64,000 nt of DNA from Eledone cirrhosa. Taxonomy: Eukaryota. The DNA lies in NCBI GenBank assembly GCA_964016885.1, contig OZ024741.1, forward strand, positions 362,452,001 to 362,516,000. The letters run 5' to 3'. Below, piece by piece: positions 62,641 through 64,000 of this stretch. Positions within the stretch are counted from its first letter, which is position 1. Every line of letters starts with the position of its first letter. A model generated the notes under the pieces. It was not told the origin of the DNA. It saw only the letters and a program-made list of their open reading frames with translations, and did no database searches. The position numbers and the translations under genes were made by a program.

Positions 62641-63104
62641 CTGGTAGAGAGAATTTATTACAATGAACATATAGATATACTTGTATATAGCGAAATCCTA
62701 CATTAGCCAGTTCGTTATAGTATGAGACTCTATTTCACACATCAGATGCTTTCGTTTTCTATGTCCGCTTTTATCCAGATTTTCGTCAAACATGAATATA
62801 GTGGGTATGGAATGAACTTTTTCTGGGTTCGATCTCACGACGTGGAATCTTGTGCAAGTATCATTTACTATATTTTCGTTTCGACCCAAGCCTTGTGAGT
62901 AAAATTGAATATGATTCTACCAGTAATTCAGCCATATTAGACACTGAGTTGCGCTAATCTCCCTGAAATAACAATAAGGTTGCATGTGTTTGTAGAATGC
63001 TCAGCCATTTACACGCTATTTCACGAGCTGGCTGTTCCACTGATTGAAAAACTGGAGCACTCATTGTCGAAACCGACGGAGATTCATTCCATTCTTCGTC
63101 TTCT

Positions 63105-63991
63105 CATTCTTCTTCTTATTATTATTGTGTTATTCCATTTAGGTCAGTTCTGTTTCTCAATTGCTGGGTTCAGGCCTTGAACCTAGAATAATAGAGGCTT
63201 TTATTGTAGAGAGATAACTCGTCTGAGAATGTGTACGGTTCCCAATATCCCGATCTTCTGTAGCTCACATTTGCTGGTCTTGCAGGGAAGGACGCTAAGG
63301 TGCAGGTCTGACGATTTGGGTATTAATCCTGATGCTCTTATTACCACAGGGATAGCATGTGTGGTCATCCTCCACATGCAGTTGATCTCTATTTCCAGGT
63401 CTTTGTATTTTGACAGTTTTTCCATTGTTTTTACAGATGTATTCTTGTCAGTTGGTACGGAAATATCTATAAGGCTACATATCCGATCTGTTTTGTTTTT
63501 TATGATGATATCTGGTCTGTTGGCAGCGAATTCTCGGTCAGTTGTCACAGGCATATCCCACAAGATGGATATTTGCCCTTTTCCATGACTGTTTTTGGTT
63601 GATGTTCATACCATTTGTTAGAAGTTTGGTGATCATGAGAGTGGCAGAGCCTCCAGTGCATATATTTGGCAATGCGGTTGTGTCTTTCGGTATAGTCAGT
63701 TTTTGCCATCTCTGGACACCTGGAGATAACATGATCTACCATTTCTTCGTATTTGTAACATATTTTGCAAGGAGGGTTAGTCCTATTTTTCACTATTCTG
63801 TGTCTACAGGCCCGAGTGTTTAGGGATTGATCTTGTACAGCAACTAAGAGTCCCTTAGTTTCCTCTTTCAAGCCAGCACTTCTGAGCCAGGATAGTGAGC
63901 CATGCTGATCGATATCATTGCTAGAAAGTCGTTCTGGGAATCTACCATGTAGTGATTTTGCCTTCCCTTCACGGTTTAGTTCCACACACAA
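63105..63991 (-). mobile_element. R4/Dong-like non-LTR retrotransposon 3' fragment (CCHC + restriction-like endonuclease)
   Basis: CKICYKYEEMVDHVISRC, RHNRIAK and NRPDII...IDISVP...KLSKYKDL; 3' end runs into short (AAT)/(AAG) repeats; lies in an intron of CYP gene B. Confidence 0.85.
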
Positions 63992-64000
63992 ACATACATA

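Overview
AT-rich, microsatellite-laden animal genomic DNA. The SINE set and (TA)n/(TG)n load suggest an octopus or other cephalopod (inference). The window holds one complete 8-exon clan-2 cytochrome P450 gene on + (4792-37614, about 500 aa, all introns GT-AG). The last three exons of a close paralogue converge on it from the - strand (59023-62640). Introns and intergenic DNA are filled with mobile DNA: an apparently intact Naiad-type Penelope-like element (PLE; RT + GIY-YIG, paired pseudo-LTRs), several decayed PLEs, L1/Tx1, R4/Dong and RTE LINE relics, mariner and hAT relics, Helitron-like ends, many tRNA-derived SINEs, a 79-bp minisatellite and several long fold-back repeats. The least obvious content is about 15 type I hammerhead-ribozyme motifs read directly from the sequence. 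They lie in PLE terminal regions and in short non-coding tandem units of about 420-490 bp embedded in (TA)n, which look like retrozyme families, with a candidate autonomous mobiliser next door. The P450 also lacks the conserved I-helix threonine (GGTDAI). All calls are by-eye readings; no database search or folding program was run.
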